64,000 nucleotides of DNA from Promethearchaeia archaeon (GCA_046483985.1 JAWOCD010000111.1:13521-77520), one strand, 5' to 3'. Shown: positions 1 through 9,874, numbered from the stretch's first letter. Numbers and translations are program-made. Notes: generated by a model not told the origin, from the sequence alone.

Positions 1-579
1 AAAGAGGAATTAACGGTTATAATAGGAGAATTCCAGCAAGCAAACGGGCACTATCCTTCAAAGAATATTCCCTTAACCAGTTCTACCGGTCGGATATTGG
101 ATGCCGTTTCCTATTTACTCGGCGCTTGCAATAAAAAGACCTATCGAGGTGAACCAGCAATGAGACTCGAGGGTTTGGCAGCCCATGGTACAGCAAAAAA
201 GATTTCTTTCGAATTACAATCATATATGGCCGACGGAACCGTCATAATTAACACCTCCCAAGCAATTATGGATATTTGGGATCTATTATATAAGCAAAAG
301 AAGAGCCCGGCAGACATTGCAGCAAAATTTCAAAAGGAATTAGGGAGGGCATACGCCCGAATCGGCATTAAATCGGCTGAAGATCATAACATTAAAAAGA
401 TTGGATTCACTGGAGGAGTTGCCTATAATTACGGAATAACCAAAGCCATTAAAGATGAGGTCAGTAAAGCAAACTTAATATTTCTCGAACACGATAAAAT
501 TCCCCCTGGTGACGCGGGAATTAGCATCGGGCAATTAATTGGGGGTTTATTTCAATTCAAAAAACGGACTAACGCTTAA
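1..579 (+). CDS. hypF: Carbamoyltransferase HypF, C-terminal part (5' truncated by window edge)
   Basis: Frame open from base 1; motifs TSSTGRILDAVS, GEPAMRLE, TGGVAYN, PPGDAGISIGQ typical of the HypF Kae1-like domain. Confidence 0.93.
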   Translation, partial: KEELTVIIGEFQQANGHYPSKNIPLTSSTGRILDAVSYLLGACNKKTYRGEPAMRLEGLAAHGTAKKISFELQSYMADGTVIINTSQAIMDIWDLLYKQKKSPADIAAKFQKELGRAYARIGIKSAEDHNIKKIGFTGGVAYNYGITKAIKDEVSKANLIFLEHDKIPPGDAGISIGQLIGGLFQFKKRTNA

Positions 580-1060
580 ATGGAATCCATTTTGATACTT
601 GTTTTCTGTACTCTTTGTATTCCTCGCCAAAAATTTCAACCAATTTTTCCTCCTCATAATTGACCATCATATCAAAAACAGAGAAAATTATTAGCCAAGC
701 AAGCATAAGAGTAAGTGAAAGGGTTAGAACAACAAATGAAAAATAAATTAAAAGAATTCCCATATACATTGGATGGCGGACATGATTGTATAGTCCCTTT
801 TTTAAAAGACGCTGAGAATCATATACTTCTGGAGTAACCACCAGCCACGATTTCTTAATAATTAGTATTGATATAAGTAATAAGCTTACAGAAATTCCAG
901 AACGAAGAAGGTCTAATACCAGAACACCAAGCGGTAAATACAACTGCAGGAAAAGTACATCTATTCCCCAAACAGACGCAAAAAAGACGATAAATAGTAT
1001 TTCTAACAGATGAGAATGGGGAAATTCTGCACCAATCCCGCATCCCTCTTCGGATCTCAT
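569..1060 (-). CDS. Isoprenylcysteine carboxyl methyltransferase (ICMT/PEMT) family membrane protein
   Basis: Several TM helices, GLYxxVRHPMY motif, EExxL..FGEEYKEYRKQVSKWIP tail. Confidence 0.85.
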   Translation of the reverse strand: MRSEEGCGIGAEFPHSHLLEILFIVFFASVWGIDVLFLQLYLPLGVLVLDLLRSGISVSLLLISILIIKKSWLVVTPEVYDSQRLLKKGLYNHVRHPMYMGILLIYFSFVVLTLSLTLMLAWLIIFSVFDMMVNYEEEKLVEIFGEEYKEYRKQVSKWIPFKR

Positions 1061-1325
1061 AAAATGATCACAAGATATGGCTTTATTTCGATTCTAATAA
1101 ATTCCAATATAGTATTTAATATAAAATCTTCTGAATTCTTTAATTTTATACTCTATAGCTTGCTTAAATTTTCAGAAGTTAAAATAGGGCAAATTTCCTC
1201 AATAATATTGATATAATTAGTATAATCAATATATTTTAAATCGCACATTGCCCCAAAGCGAAAATCTCAAATAAAGCGAAGTATATTTCTTCTTAAGATA
1301 ATTTTTATATTGATTTAATCTAATT

Positions 1326-2141
1326 ATGGTCTTAACAAAACGTATCATTCCTTGCTTGGATGTGACGGAAGGGCGTGTGGTTAAGGGCACAAGCTTCGTG
1401 AATTTAAGGGATGCGGGTAATGCAGTAGAACTTGCGGCGTATTATGATACTCATGGAGCAGATGAATTAGTCTTTTTAGACATTACCGCATCCTCCGATA
1501 AGCGTAAGATCTTAAGGAACTTAGTCGAACGCACCGCCGAGCAGGTATTTATCCCTTTTACTGTCGGGGGCGGTATAAGAACCGTGAAAGATATCAAGGA
1601 GATTTTACGAGCGGGAGCAGATAAAGTGTCAATTAATACCGCAGCGGAAAAAAGTCCAGAGATCATAAAAAAAGGGGCAAAAAAATTTGGTTCCCAATGC
1701 ATTGTAACCGCAATAGACGCTAAACGGGTCTATGTAGACTCTCCAGAAAACGCACCCGAGAAAACTACGGTGAAGGTAAATGTTGGTTACTGCTGGTGGG
1801 AGGTATATATTCATGGAGGAAGAACTCCCACCGGAAGGGATGCCGTAAAATGGGGAAAGACTGTAACCAATTTGGGAAGTGGTGAAATTCTGCTCACGAG
1901 TATGGATCAAGACGGGCAAAAGAGTGGCTATGATTTAGAATTAACGAGAATATTTAGTGAAACCTTGGATGTGCCCATTATCGCCTCTGGAGGGGCAGGT
2001 AGTCCGCAGCATATTATTGAGGCTTTTAAAATTGGAAAGGCAGATGCGGCTCTTGCAGCCTCTATATTCCATTTTAATGAGTTTTCAATTCAAGAAGTCA
2101 AGCGTAAATGTAAAAAGAAAGGAATTCCAATGAGGATATAA
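1326..2141 (+). CDS. hisF: Imidazole glycerol phosphate synthase cyclase subunit
   Basis: [47 protein letters not shown]. Confidence 0.97.
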   Translation: MVLTKRIIPCLDVTEGRVVKGTSFVNLRDAGNAVELAAYYDTHGADELVFLDITASSDKRKILRNLVERTAEQVFIPFTVGGGIRTVKDIKEILRAGADKVSINTAAEKSPEIIKKGAKKFGSQCIVTAIDAKRVYVDSPENAPEKTTVKVNVGYCWWEVYIHGGRTPTGRDAVKWGKTVTNLGSGEILLTSMDQDGQKSGYDLELTRIFSETLDVPIIASGGAGSPQHIIEAFKIGKADAALAASIFHFNEFSIQEVKRKCKKKGIPMRI

Positions 2142-2144
2142 ATA

Positions 2145-2774
2145 ATGAATTTTTATATAGCAATAATAGATTACGGCATGGGAAACTTAAAAAGCATCTA
2201 TAAATGCTTCGAACATATCGGTGTGGATGCCAAAATTACAGCCCAAAAGTCAGAAATTCTTAAAGCCGATGGGGTCATTCTTCCGGGTGTCGGAGCTTTT
2301 GATGATGCTATGAAGAATTTACGCAAAAATAATCTAATCTCTGTTATTTCTCAAGTATTTAGGGAGAGAATCCCACTTTTTGGAATTTGTCTTGGTCTTC
2401 AACTATTATTTACAAAAAGTTATGAAATGGGCAAAAACAAGGGATTAGATATTATTCAGGGCGAAGTAATCCCCTTCAATTTGGACAAAGTAGATAAGAT
2501 TCCTCAGATCGGATGGAATAGCGTCAATTTTCAACAACCAGACCATTTTCTCACTGAAGATATTCCTAATGATTCTTATTTCTATTTTGTGCACAGTTTT
2601 TATGGAGTTCCCAAAAATAAAGATGCCATTCTCGGTCTCACAAGATACGGAGAAATCGAGTTCGGTTCCATGATCTCGAAAGAGAGCGTTTTTGCCACCC
2701 AATTCCATCCAGAGAAATCAAGTCGATACGGAATTCAAATGTATGAGAATTTTATCAAGCATTGCAGAAAGTAG
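2145..2774 (+). CDS. hisH: Imidazole glycerol phosphate synthase glutaminase subunit
   Basis: IIDYGMGNL, LPGVGAF, GICLGLQLL, YFVHSF, QFHPEKS; follows hisF. Confidence 0.97.
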   Translation: MNFYIAIIDYGMGNLKSIYKCFEHIGVDAKITAQKSEILKADGVILPGVGAFDDAMKNLRKNNLISVISQVFRERIPLFGICLGLQLLFTKSYEMGKNKGLDIIQGEVIPFNLDKVDKIPQIGWNSVNFQQPDHFLTEDIPNDSYFYFVHSFYGVPKNKDAILGLTRYGEIEFGSMISKESVFATQFHPEKSSRYGIQMYENFIKHCRK

Positions 2775-2779
2775 GAGGA

Positions 2780-2876
2780 ATATTCTTTATCCTTTTCACG
2801 GCGTTCCAATACGAAGTTTATATCGCGGATCAGCTTTTTGGTATAACGTTTGAAGTCGGGAAAGTCGCTGACTGGG
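2780..2876 (-). pseudogene. Gene 3'-end shard, copy 1 (SDFPDFKRYTKKLIRDINFVLERREKDKEY)
   Basis: No start codon; about 45 bp is clearly similar to 8221-8262 with codon-like divergence. Confidence 0.45.
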
Positions 2877-3076
2877 ACTTATCTTATGATCCGTGGGGGT
2901 CGGGGATCCGAAAGTTGCATTTAGATAAATTGATTCAAATGCTTAACTCGGAGAATCTTATTTCTTCAGAGCTTCAGAGAATGAAAAAGAGATTTTGGAT
3001 GAGGAAATAGATACTCTCCAATATTTAAAAAAAATAGGAAATATTATGAATATGAAATCAAAAATAGTTTTTGGAT

Positions 3077-4648
3077 TTATTTTGCTATTTTAGGAGCTTG
3101 TTCCAAATGTTCTAACATAAAATCTTCTTCTTGCTTCTCAGCCTGATATTTAAGGACTTCTTCAATGTGTTCAAATTTCATGAGTTTTTTCATCTCATCC
3201 GAAACGGCAGCACCGGTAATTCCCTGAGTATGAAGCATATCCATGCCTGTTCTCATAACTTCCTTAATAAATTTCGGGAGATTTCCCAACATCCAACGAA
3301 ATTTACCAAAGGGATTCAAATATCGTTTAGCTTGGGTTTTCATCCATTCTTTATCCAGATAGGTTGCTCCATAGGCCTCAGCAACTAAACGCCATATTTC
3401 ATTTTTATTTAATTTATCGGTTTCCATCATAGGATGGAAAAGATCGTAATATTTGTAATTATGAGTAGTAATCTTGTCCGCTTCTTTCATTTCATCATAG
3501 AATTCTGTCCCAGGAAATGCAGTAATGGGGGTAAATTGCATAAGAGTGAGATTTAAAGAGCGAGCAAATTGAATCGTTTCTCGCACCATTCTTTTGGTTT
3601 CTCCGGGGTATCCAATGATAATCCCCCCAAAAATTGATATTCCGCGATCGTGAAGCATTGAAACAACTTTTCGTGTCATTTCAGGAGTTGTGTTTTGTTT
3701 ATTCATAGCATTTAAGCTCTGTTGATGAACAGATTCAATTCCTAAAAAGACTTGCCGCATATTCGTCTCATCCATCAAATCAATTATCCACGGATTTCGA
3801 TATAATGTGTCTATACGTGATTGACAACTTAATTTGATTTTATTATGAATTCCCGATTTCTTTACGGCTTCCAAAATTTTTTTTGTTCTTTTTGGAAGGA
3901 TCGTAAAATTATCCTCACAAAAGAAGATAAAATCATTTTTCCAATCAATATCATAAATTTCTCTCATAATACGTTTAAGACTCTTGGTTCTATATGCAAG
4001 ATTAGAACGAGAATCCTTCCACATCTTTGCGATACAACAGAACTTACAATTGTGCGGACACCCCCGTGAAGTTTCGAGGGTTGCTACTTGAGAGCCGAGA
4101 TATACGTATTTACTCATGTCCAATAAATCCCGTCGCGGCTTGGGAAAATTATCTAAATTTGGTTCCAAACCTCTATCTTGATTGTGTCTAATATTTCCTT
4201 CATCATTCTTATATGAAATTCCGGCAATATCCTTTTTCTTAGCCTCTGGTTGCTGTTCACTCTCAAGAAAATCGATAATTTCTTTAAATGTGTTTTCACC
4301 CTCTCCACGAACTGTAAAGTCAACACTTTCATCTTTTGCAACAAATTCTGGTGCTAAGGTCGGATGGTATCCCCCTAAAATAGTTGTACATCCATGCTCC
4401 TTAGCCATTTCGGCTACATCCAACGCTTGATAAATTTGAGGAGTCATGCTCGTTATCGCCACTACATCGGATCGATTTAATTGAGAACGAAAGCGCTTTT
4501 CATTATAGTCATCGACTTTAAAATCAAACAATTCCGCTCCATGTTCCGGCACCATAGCCGCAAGGGAAATTAAACTCAGGGGCGGAGACTTAATAATTGA
4601 ATCTAACCCCGAATCCAATTTCGGCGGATTAATATATAATATTTCCAT
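3077..4648 (-). CDS. Cobalamin-binding radical SAM enzyme (possible Grs/Gms-like tetraether lipid modifier)
   Basis: N-terminal B12-binding domain (PPLSL, ILGGYHPT, VRGEGE), SRGCPHNCKFC CxxxCxxC, GIES, FTPITAFPGT. Confidence 0.85.
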   Translation of the reverse strand: MEILYINPPKLDSGLDSIIKSPPLSLISLAAMVPEHGAELFDFKVDDYNEKRFRSQLNRSDVVAITSMTPQIYQALDVAEMAKEHGCTTILGGYHPTLAPEFVAKDESVDFTVRGEGENTFKEIIDFLESEQQPEAKKKDIAGISYKNDEGNIRHNQDRGLEPNLDNFPKPRRDLLDMSKYVYLGSQVATLETSRGCPHNCKFCCIAKMWKDSRSNLAYRTKSLKRIMREIYDIDWKNDFIFFCEDNFTILPKRTKKILEAVKKSGIHNKIKLSCQSRIDTLYRNPWIIDLMDETNMRQVFLGIESVHQQSLNAMNKQNTTPEMTRKVVSMLHDRGISIFGGIIIGYPGETKRMVRETIQFARSLNLTLMQFTPITAFPGTEFYDEMKEADKITTHNYKYYDLFHPMMETDKLNKNEIWRLVAEAYGATYLDKEWMKTQAKRYLNPFGKFRWMLGNLPKFIKEVMRTGMDMLHTQGITGAAVSDEMKKLMKFEHIEEVLKYQAEKQEEDFMLEHLEQAPKIAK

Positions 4649-4897
4649 TAGTTAAACCTTTTTATGAATTATAATATATAGTAAAATAGTTTCATATTTA
4701 AATTGTTGGATCTACATTCCCTTTTAAGATATCCTTTGTAATACTACATAGATTATTGTTGGATTTACATATATTTTTAATTTAAAAAAAGCATATATTT
4801 AAATATGTGCTCTAGAAGTTATAAAACTGATTGATGTAAGAAACTCAAGAGTTTACCAGAAAAATGCTGAATGCTGTAAGAATTGTTGCAGCGGTAA

Positions 4898-4967
4898 TTG
4901 AAGTCTCTCCGCCCTAAAGGACGGGGATTCCTACGAGTCCACTAAGCGTTAGCTGGTGGGCATATCT
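4898..4967 (-). mobile_element. Orphan IS200/IS605-type right end (family A, best copy)
   Basis: Minus strand reads ...GTAGGAATCCCCGTCCTTTAGGGCGGAGAGACTTCAA: subterminal hairpin and TCAA terminus typical of tnpB-element right ends; directly downstream of purF. Confidence 0.75.
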
Positions 4968-4983
4968 TAGGGCTGTGTTAAAA

Positions 4984-6516
4984 TTAACATCTTTCTTTAA
5001 CGATAGAATTTTCCCCTTGAGCAATTTTATCAATAGATTTGAGAGGGTATTCTTCGGTGAGACATGCTGTACATAACTCATTTCTTCCTTTTCCTATGGC
5101 TTTTGTAAGATCATCGACTGTTTGATAACGCAAACTATCAGCTCCAATCTCTTTTCGAATCCCGTCAATAAAGGAATCTCCATATTCCGCTTGCATTCGT
5201 CCAGCGATTAATTCAGCACGTGTTGGAAAATCAATTCCCATGTAACAAGCACTGATTACCGGGGGACAACTAATTCGAACGTGCACAGAGTTTCCCCCCG
5301 CTTCTCTAATTAAAGAAACAATCTGTTTGGACGTAGTTCCGCGTACTATAGAATCATCCATCAGAATTATATCTTTTCCTTGCACTACGTTTTTAATGGG
5401 ATTTAACTTTTCTTTTACTGCGGCCTTTCTCTGTTTTTGTCCAGGCATTATAAAGGTCCTCCACACATACCTATTCTTCATAAGACCTTCGGTATAAGGA
5501 AGCTGCGCCTCTTTAGCATAGCCTACAGCAGAGCTCCTTCCCGAATCGGGAACTGGAACCACTATTGCATTCTTTTTAAATTCGGTATCCTTCAGTAGAG
5601 GGTCCTTACGTGCAAGTAATTTTCCCAGGCGAACTCGCGCCTCTGCAACGGACACGCCATCGATTACGGAATCAGGCCGCGCAAAATAGACAAACTCAAA
5701 CATACACAATGCCTTTCGCTGAGAACGGATAATGGTTTCGGAGTGAATATCTTTCTGATGACTCAAGTGGACAATCTCGCCCGGTTTCACATCTCGCAAG
5801 AAGGTTGCCCCGACTGCATCGATAGCACAAGATTCCGAAGAAACAAAATAAAGATTTCGCTCTTCAGTCTTAAGTTCTCCAATGCATAATGGTTTAAACC
5901 CGAGTGGGTCACGCATAGCATAAATATCACCATTTGAGGTTAACAAAATAAGAGAATAAGATCCGTTAAGAAATTTGCTCGCAACCTTTAAAACCTCAGC
6001 CCAGTCCTCAGTAGCTTGGGCAATACTTCCAAATAATTGCGCCATTACTTCAGTATCTGTATTTGTAACAAAAACCCGTCCCATCTCATCCATTCGCTCT
6101 TTAATGTCATCATAATTCGGGATAGTGCCGTTAAAGGCTAATGAGAATTCTACTTCACTATTTTTAAAATGATAAGGTTGGAGGTATTCAAGGGAAGAAT
6201 ATCCTTGTGGACCTGTTGTGCCATACCGGTTATGACCAATCCCTACATTCCCCCAAAACTTAGAAAGGGTTTTCTTATTCAAAACTTTCGAAACTAGCCC
6301 TTTCTTTTTATGGGTGTGAATATCCCCGCCAGTTTTTAAAATAGAAATACCCGTCGACTCTTGACCACGATGTTGGAGGGCAATTAAACCCGTATACAGA
6401 AATTTCGCCACGGAAAAACCAATATCATTGCAAGTAACTCCAAAAACAGCGCATTGTTCTTTTGGTTTATCTTCCTTTAATATAGAAGAATTTTTTTTTC
6501 GATTAATGAATGGCAT
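4984..6516 (-). CDS. purF: Amidophosphoribosyltransferase
   Basis: Propeptide then CAVFG nucleophile, LQHRGQES, GHNRYGT, CMFEFVYFARPDS, DDSIVRGTT PRPP loop, Fe-S Cys (CYMG, CTAC). Confidence 0.96.
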   Translation of the reverse strand: MPFINRKKNSSILKEDKPKEQCAVFGVTCNDIGFSVAKFLYTGLIALQHRGQESTGISILKTGGDIHTHKKKGLVSKVLNKKTLSKFWGNVGIGHNRYGTTGPQGYSSLEYLQPYHFKNSEVEFSLAFNGTIPNYDDIKERMDEMGRVFVTNTDTEVMAQLFGSIAQATEDWAEVLKVASKFLNGSYSLILLTSNGDIYAMRDPLGFKPLCIGELKTEERNLYFVSSESCAIDAVGATFLRDVKPGEIVHLSHQKDIHSETIIRSQRKALCMFEFVYFARPDSVIDGVSVAEARVRLGKLLARKDPLLKDTEFKKNAIVVPVPDSGRSSAVGYAKEAQLPYTEGLMKNRYVWRTFIMPGQKQRKAAVKEKLNPIKNVVQGKDIILMDDSIVRGTTSKQIVSLIREAGGNSVHVRISCPPVISACYMGIDFPTRAELIAGRMQAEYGDSFIDGIRKEIGADSLRYQTVDDLTKAIGKGRNELCTACLTEEYPLKSIDKIAQGENSIVKERC

Positions 6517-6637
6517 TTTACCAATTAGAGAAGAGAGAATATTAATTCTTTAATTATCATTTCTTTAGTTCAATTAGTTTAAAATATTTAAAAAATTTAA
6601 TATTTTCTATTATAAAGTATATCTTTATTGCGAGCAC

Positions 6638-7312
6638 GTGGTAGACTTGAGCGATAATCACAGAGAACTTGCGTTCGTTATTTTGATAGGCGGAAAAAGC
6701 CGAAGATTTGGGACCGATAAAGGACTCTTTGAGTTTCGCGGGAAGCCCTTAATTGAATATCAACTCCAAAGATTAAGGAAATTTAATAGAAAAATCTTTA
6801 TCAGCACCAAATCAAAAATGCAACTGAAGAATTACAGGGAAAAAATACAAAAGACTGACGATCTCACCTTTATTTTAGACGAGAAAGATGTAAACATTAA
6901 TTCCAAAATAAAAACTCCTCTTATTGGAATCTACTCGGCATTTCAAAAATTAAAGGAATTAAATATAAAAAGTGCATTTACCTTACCGTGTGATAGCCCT
7001 TTAATACATCCAGATGTTGTTGGTCTTATAATAGATTATTCCAAGAGTTTTGATTGTGTTATCCCTCAATGGGAAAATGGTTTTTTAGAACCGTTATTTG
7101 CAATCTATCCGGTGGAGTCAACGTATTATAATGCAAGAGAAAATCTCTTAAAAGGTCATTATAAATTGATTAAATTGCTTGATTCTGCGTTGAAAATTAA
7201 ATATATCTCCATAGAAAAGGAGATTCAAGAGTTAGATGAGGATCTCCAAACATTTCTAAATGTTAATAAAAAGAGCGATTTGAAAGAATTAAGGGGTCTC
7301 TTTCAAGATTGA
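6638..7312 (+). CDS. mobA: Molybdenum cofactor guanylyltransferase MobA-like, paralog 1
   Basis: ILIGGKSRRFGTDKG, PLIGIY, PCDSP, EPLFAIY, FLNVN. Confidence 0.85.
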   Translation: MVDLSDNHRELAFVILIGGKSRRFGTDKGLFEFRGKPLIEYQLQRLRKFNRKIFISTKSKMQLKNYREKIQKTDDLTFILDEKDVNINSKIKTPLIGIYSAFQKLKELNIKSAFTLPCDSPLIHPDVVGLIIDYSKSFDCVIPQWENGFLEPLFAIYPVESTYYNARENLLKGHYKLIKLLDSALKIKYISIEKEIQELDEDLQTFLNVNKKSDLKELRGLFQD

Positions 7313-7360
7313 AGCCTTCCCTCCCTTAAAAGGAGGTTTCTTTCGAGTCCACTAAACGTG
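7309..7360 (-). mobile_element. Degenerate IS200/IS605-type right end (family A)
   Basis: TTGAAG...CGAGTCCACTAAACGT aligns with 4898-4949; its TTGAA supplies the TGA stop of mobA paralog 1. Confidence 0.6.
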
Positions 7361-7473
7361 AATTTTTTTATCTAAAAACTTTAAGAGAGCATTTTGCTTT
7401 TTCGATAAATTTTAAATAAAAAAAGATTTCTATTGATAGTAACTAAATCATTATTAAAATAATGATATCATAG

Positions 7474-8157
7474 GTGGAAACAATTACGAGTAATAAAAAA
7501 AAAGAATTAGCGATCTCCATTTTGATAGGAGGATCTAGTTCCCGATTTGGAAGAGAAAAAGTGGGAATAGAACTTCTGGGAAAGCCTCTTATTGCACACC
7601 AAGTCGAAACTCTTTCTGACTTTGACGAAGATGTCTTTTTGGTTGCCAGTTCAGATGAGCAAGTGTTCAAAATTAAGAAGGAGATTGATTTTCCTGAGGA
7701 AATTGAGTTTATTGTCGATGATCGGGAATTTTTTCCCTATCCGGAGATTCATACCCCAATTTTAGGTTTTTATTCCGCTTTTCTAAATCTCAATCAAAGA
7801 GGGTTTCAAAAGACCTTTATCTTATCGTGCGATATGCCTTTAATCGACCCCGAAGTTGTTAATTTATTAATAAATGAAGTTCAAGGATATGATTGCTGTA
7901 TTCCTCGTTGGAGTCACGGATATTTAGAGCCCCTTTGTGCGATCTATCCCGTCAAAAAAGGATTACAAAAAACAAGGGCACTAATCGAAAAGAAAAATTT
8001 CAGCTTGACGAAAATCTTGGAAGAGGACTGGAATATTAATTATGTGTCTGTCAAGGATAAAATTAAACCACTAGATAAAAATCTATTATCCTTCATCAAT
8101 ATAAATGGTCCTATTGACTTAAAGAAAGGGATAGAATTCTATAAAAAAGAATTATAA
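7474..8157 (+). CDS. mobA: MobA-like, paralog 2 (true start possibly ATT at 7483)
   Basis: ILIGGSSSRFGREK, TPILGFY, SCDMP, EPLCAIY, FININ; colinear with paralog 1. Confidence 0.85.
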   Translation: METITSNKKKELAISILIGGSSSRFGREKVGIELLGKPLIAHQVETLSDFDEDVFLVASSDEQVFKIKKEIDFPEEIEFIVDDREFFPYPEIHTPILGFYSAFLNLNQRGFQKTFILSCDMPLIDPEVVNLLINEVQGYDCCIPRWSHGYLEPLCAIYPVKKGLQKTRALIEKKNFSLTKILEEDWNINYVSVKDKIKPLDKNLLSFININGPIDLKKGIEFYKKEL

Positions 8158-8172
8158 AATAATTGTGTTTAC

Positions 8173-8262
8173 TCATGAGATGAGTTCTTCATTCTCTTTG
8201 CATTCTTTTTCCTTTTTCTCTTCGAGGCGGTCCAATACGAATTTTACATCGCGGTTCATCTT
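8173..8262 (-). pseudogene. Gene 3'-end shard, copy 2 (KMNRDVKFVLDRLEEKKEKECKENEELIS*)
   Basis: Similar to 2795-2836 at DNA and peptide level. Confidence 0.45.
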
Positions 8263-8316
8263 TAAAAAGAAAAATCCAGTGGTAGGTTTTGAAAATTTAA
8301 AAGAAATTTTAAAGAA

Positions 8317-8544
8317 TTATTGTTTTTCTATTTTTAGATAGTAATTATTCCCTTTGTTATCGAGTTCTAGAACTTTATCCCCGTGTTTCTCAACGAATCG
8401 TTTAATATTTTCTCCTGCTTCACAAAAATCTCCAGAAACCTCGAGAATCTCTCCGGGGTCTAATTTTTTCAATCTTTTTTTTGTTTGAGCTACTGGCATC
8501 GGACAAACAAGACCGGTACAATCTAACTCGTGGGTTTTGCTCAT
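8317..8544 (-). CDS. tusA: Sulfurtransferase TusA family
   Basis: LDCTGLVCPMP motif, 75 aa, SD GGAGG upstream. Confidence 0.92.
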   Translation of the reverse strand: MSKTHELDCTGLVCPMPVAQTKKRLKKLDPGEILEVSGDFCEAGENIKRFVEKHGDKVLELDNKGNNYYLKIEKQ

Positions 8545-8561
8545 TATTATATCCCTCCAAA

Positions 8562-8921
8562 TTAGGAAAAGATAATATTGTCCGCATCTTCACATTGCTC
8601 TAAAAAGCCGTGCATACTGGTCTTTTCTATCCCTTTAATAAATTCCTCTTCTTTCATACCTCTTGCTTTCATGCATACGCCACAAGCTAAAACATTAGCT
8701 CCTTCCTCTAGCACATTTTCCATCCACTCTCCTACATTATCATAGGTAGAGGGGTCTTGATTCTTTAATCCAACGAATACTCCGTCTTCTACCAAAAAAA
8801 TATTAACATTATGACCGTCTAAAAGTGCAGTATAAGCAAATCTTAGAACAGTATAAGGCCGTTCCTTTGTGTACGCTCCATCTCCAACCGCAATGGTGAA
8901 GGTTTTTTTTTTATCTGACAA
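8562..8921 (-). CDS. DsrE/TusD-like sulfur relay protein
   Basis: IFLVEDGV, ACGVCMKARG; AGGTG SD then TTG start; adjacent to tusA on the same strand. Confidence 0.88.
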   Translation of the reverse strand: MSDKKKTFTIAVGDGAYTKERPYTVLRFAYTALLDGHNVNIFLVEDGVFVGLKNQDPSTYDNVGEWMENVLEEGANVLACGVCMKARGMKEEEFIKGIEKTSMHGFLEQCEDADNIIFS

Positions 8922-9494
8922 TTTTAACACCTACTATGAAATTATCTATTATTTGAAAATATGAAAGATTATATTAATATTTTCGTTCTAAATTATTAAT
9001 AATTTGGATAAATAAATAATAAATAAATAAAATTACCAAAACAAAAAAGAAATCTCTATAGACCTATGGTACTTAATACTTCCGACTCTTGCTTTTTTAA
9101 CTTGGTGGCGGTGATGGAGTTTTATGGAAAGATCCTCCATCATTTATATATGGTTCCACTTTCTTGATCGGTATATGACAAAATATTCGGAAAAAACAAA
9201 ATATTCGGAAAAACAAATACTTCCTCTGTTATGTTTTTAAAGATCCATTTCAATACGATAATAGAGCAAAAGATTTGAAAGTTGGAAACACAACTGTTTA
9301 AAGAAATTTTTTAAAAATCATGGGAAGTCTGACTGCACCCTGGATTTTTGTCTTTTGGTTATTACGCGCTTTTCGCGTGATGAATTTTGCCCTCCTCTTC
9401 CTATACCGTTTAAGAGCCTGCATTTTTTCTGGGCTCATAGGCGGTCAGATTTCCCACCCTTTTTATTAGAAACCTCTTCTCTGGATAGGGGGAA

Positions 9495-9697
9495 TTCCCT
9501 AAATACTTTGAAATGTTTCAATCGATCCAAAGATTTTGTCTGGAAAACCAGTATTTAAGGGGACGAGAATCCCTATATCTATTGTATTACGAATGCTGCG
9601 GGACGGAGCGTCCTTTCAAAAAGTAATTAAGAAATATCTCAGGCTTACAGAGGATGATATTAGAGCAGATCCAGGTGAAATTCTTCACTTATATTAA
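9495..9697 (+). pseudogene. DUF433-family antitoxin pseudogene
   Basis: IDPKILSGKPVFKGTRIPISIVLRMLRDGASFQKVIKKYLRLTEDDIRA from 9521; upstream KYFE is out of frame by one base (apparent A deletion near 9511); no start codon. Confidence 0.75.
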
Positions 9698-9787
9698 ATG
9701 TTTAAATTGAAGATTTCGCTGTAAGTTAAAGATTAATAAATGAAAATGTCTTCACTTGTATAAGATGTTTAAATATAACCAAATTAT

Positions 9788-9874
9788 TTGAACTACTCAC
9801 GAAATTATTTCGGACTAAAGAGTAATACTTGAACTACTCACGCCCGAAGCCGTGAGATTCATGCTCCCTAATGT
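9788..9874 (-). mobile_element. IS200/IS605-type right end (family B) with duplicated 14-bp terminus
   Basis: TTGAACTACTCACG at 9788-9801 and 9829-9842; 9829-9874 aligns with reverse complement of 44770-44816. Confidence 0.7.

Noticed and set aside
2762-3010. 82-aa plus-strand ORF after hisH
   Set aside because: TTG start inside hisH; the signal shared with 8221-8262 reads better as a minus-strand shard
9107-9143. Fluoride riboswitch (GGTGATGGAGTT start)
   Set aside because: Lacks the downstream pseudoknot and GCUxAUGAC elements and has no fluoride exporter downstream
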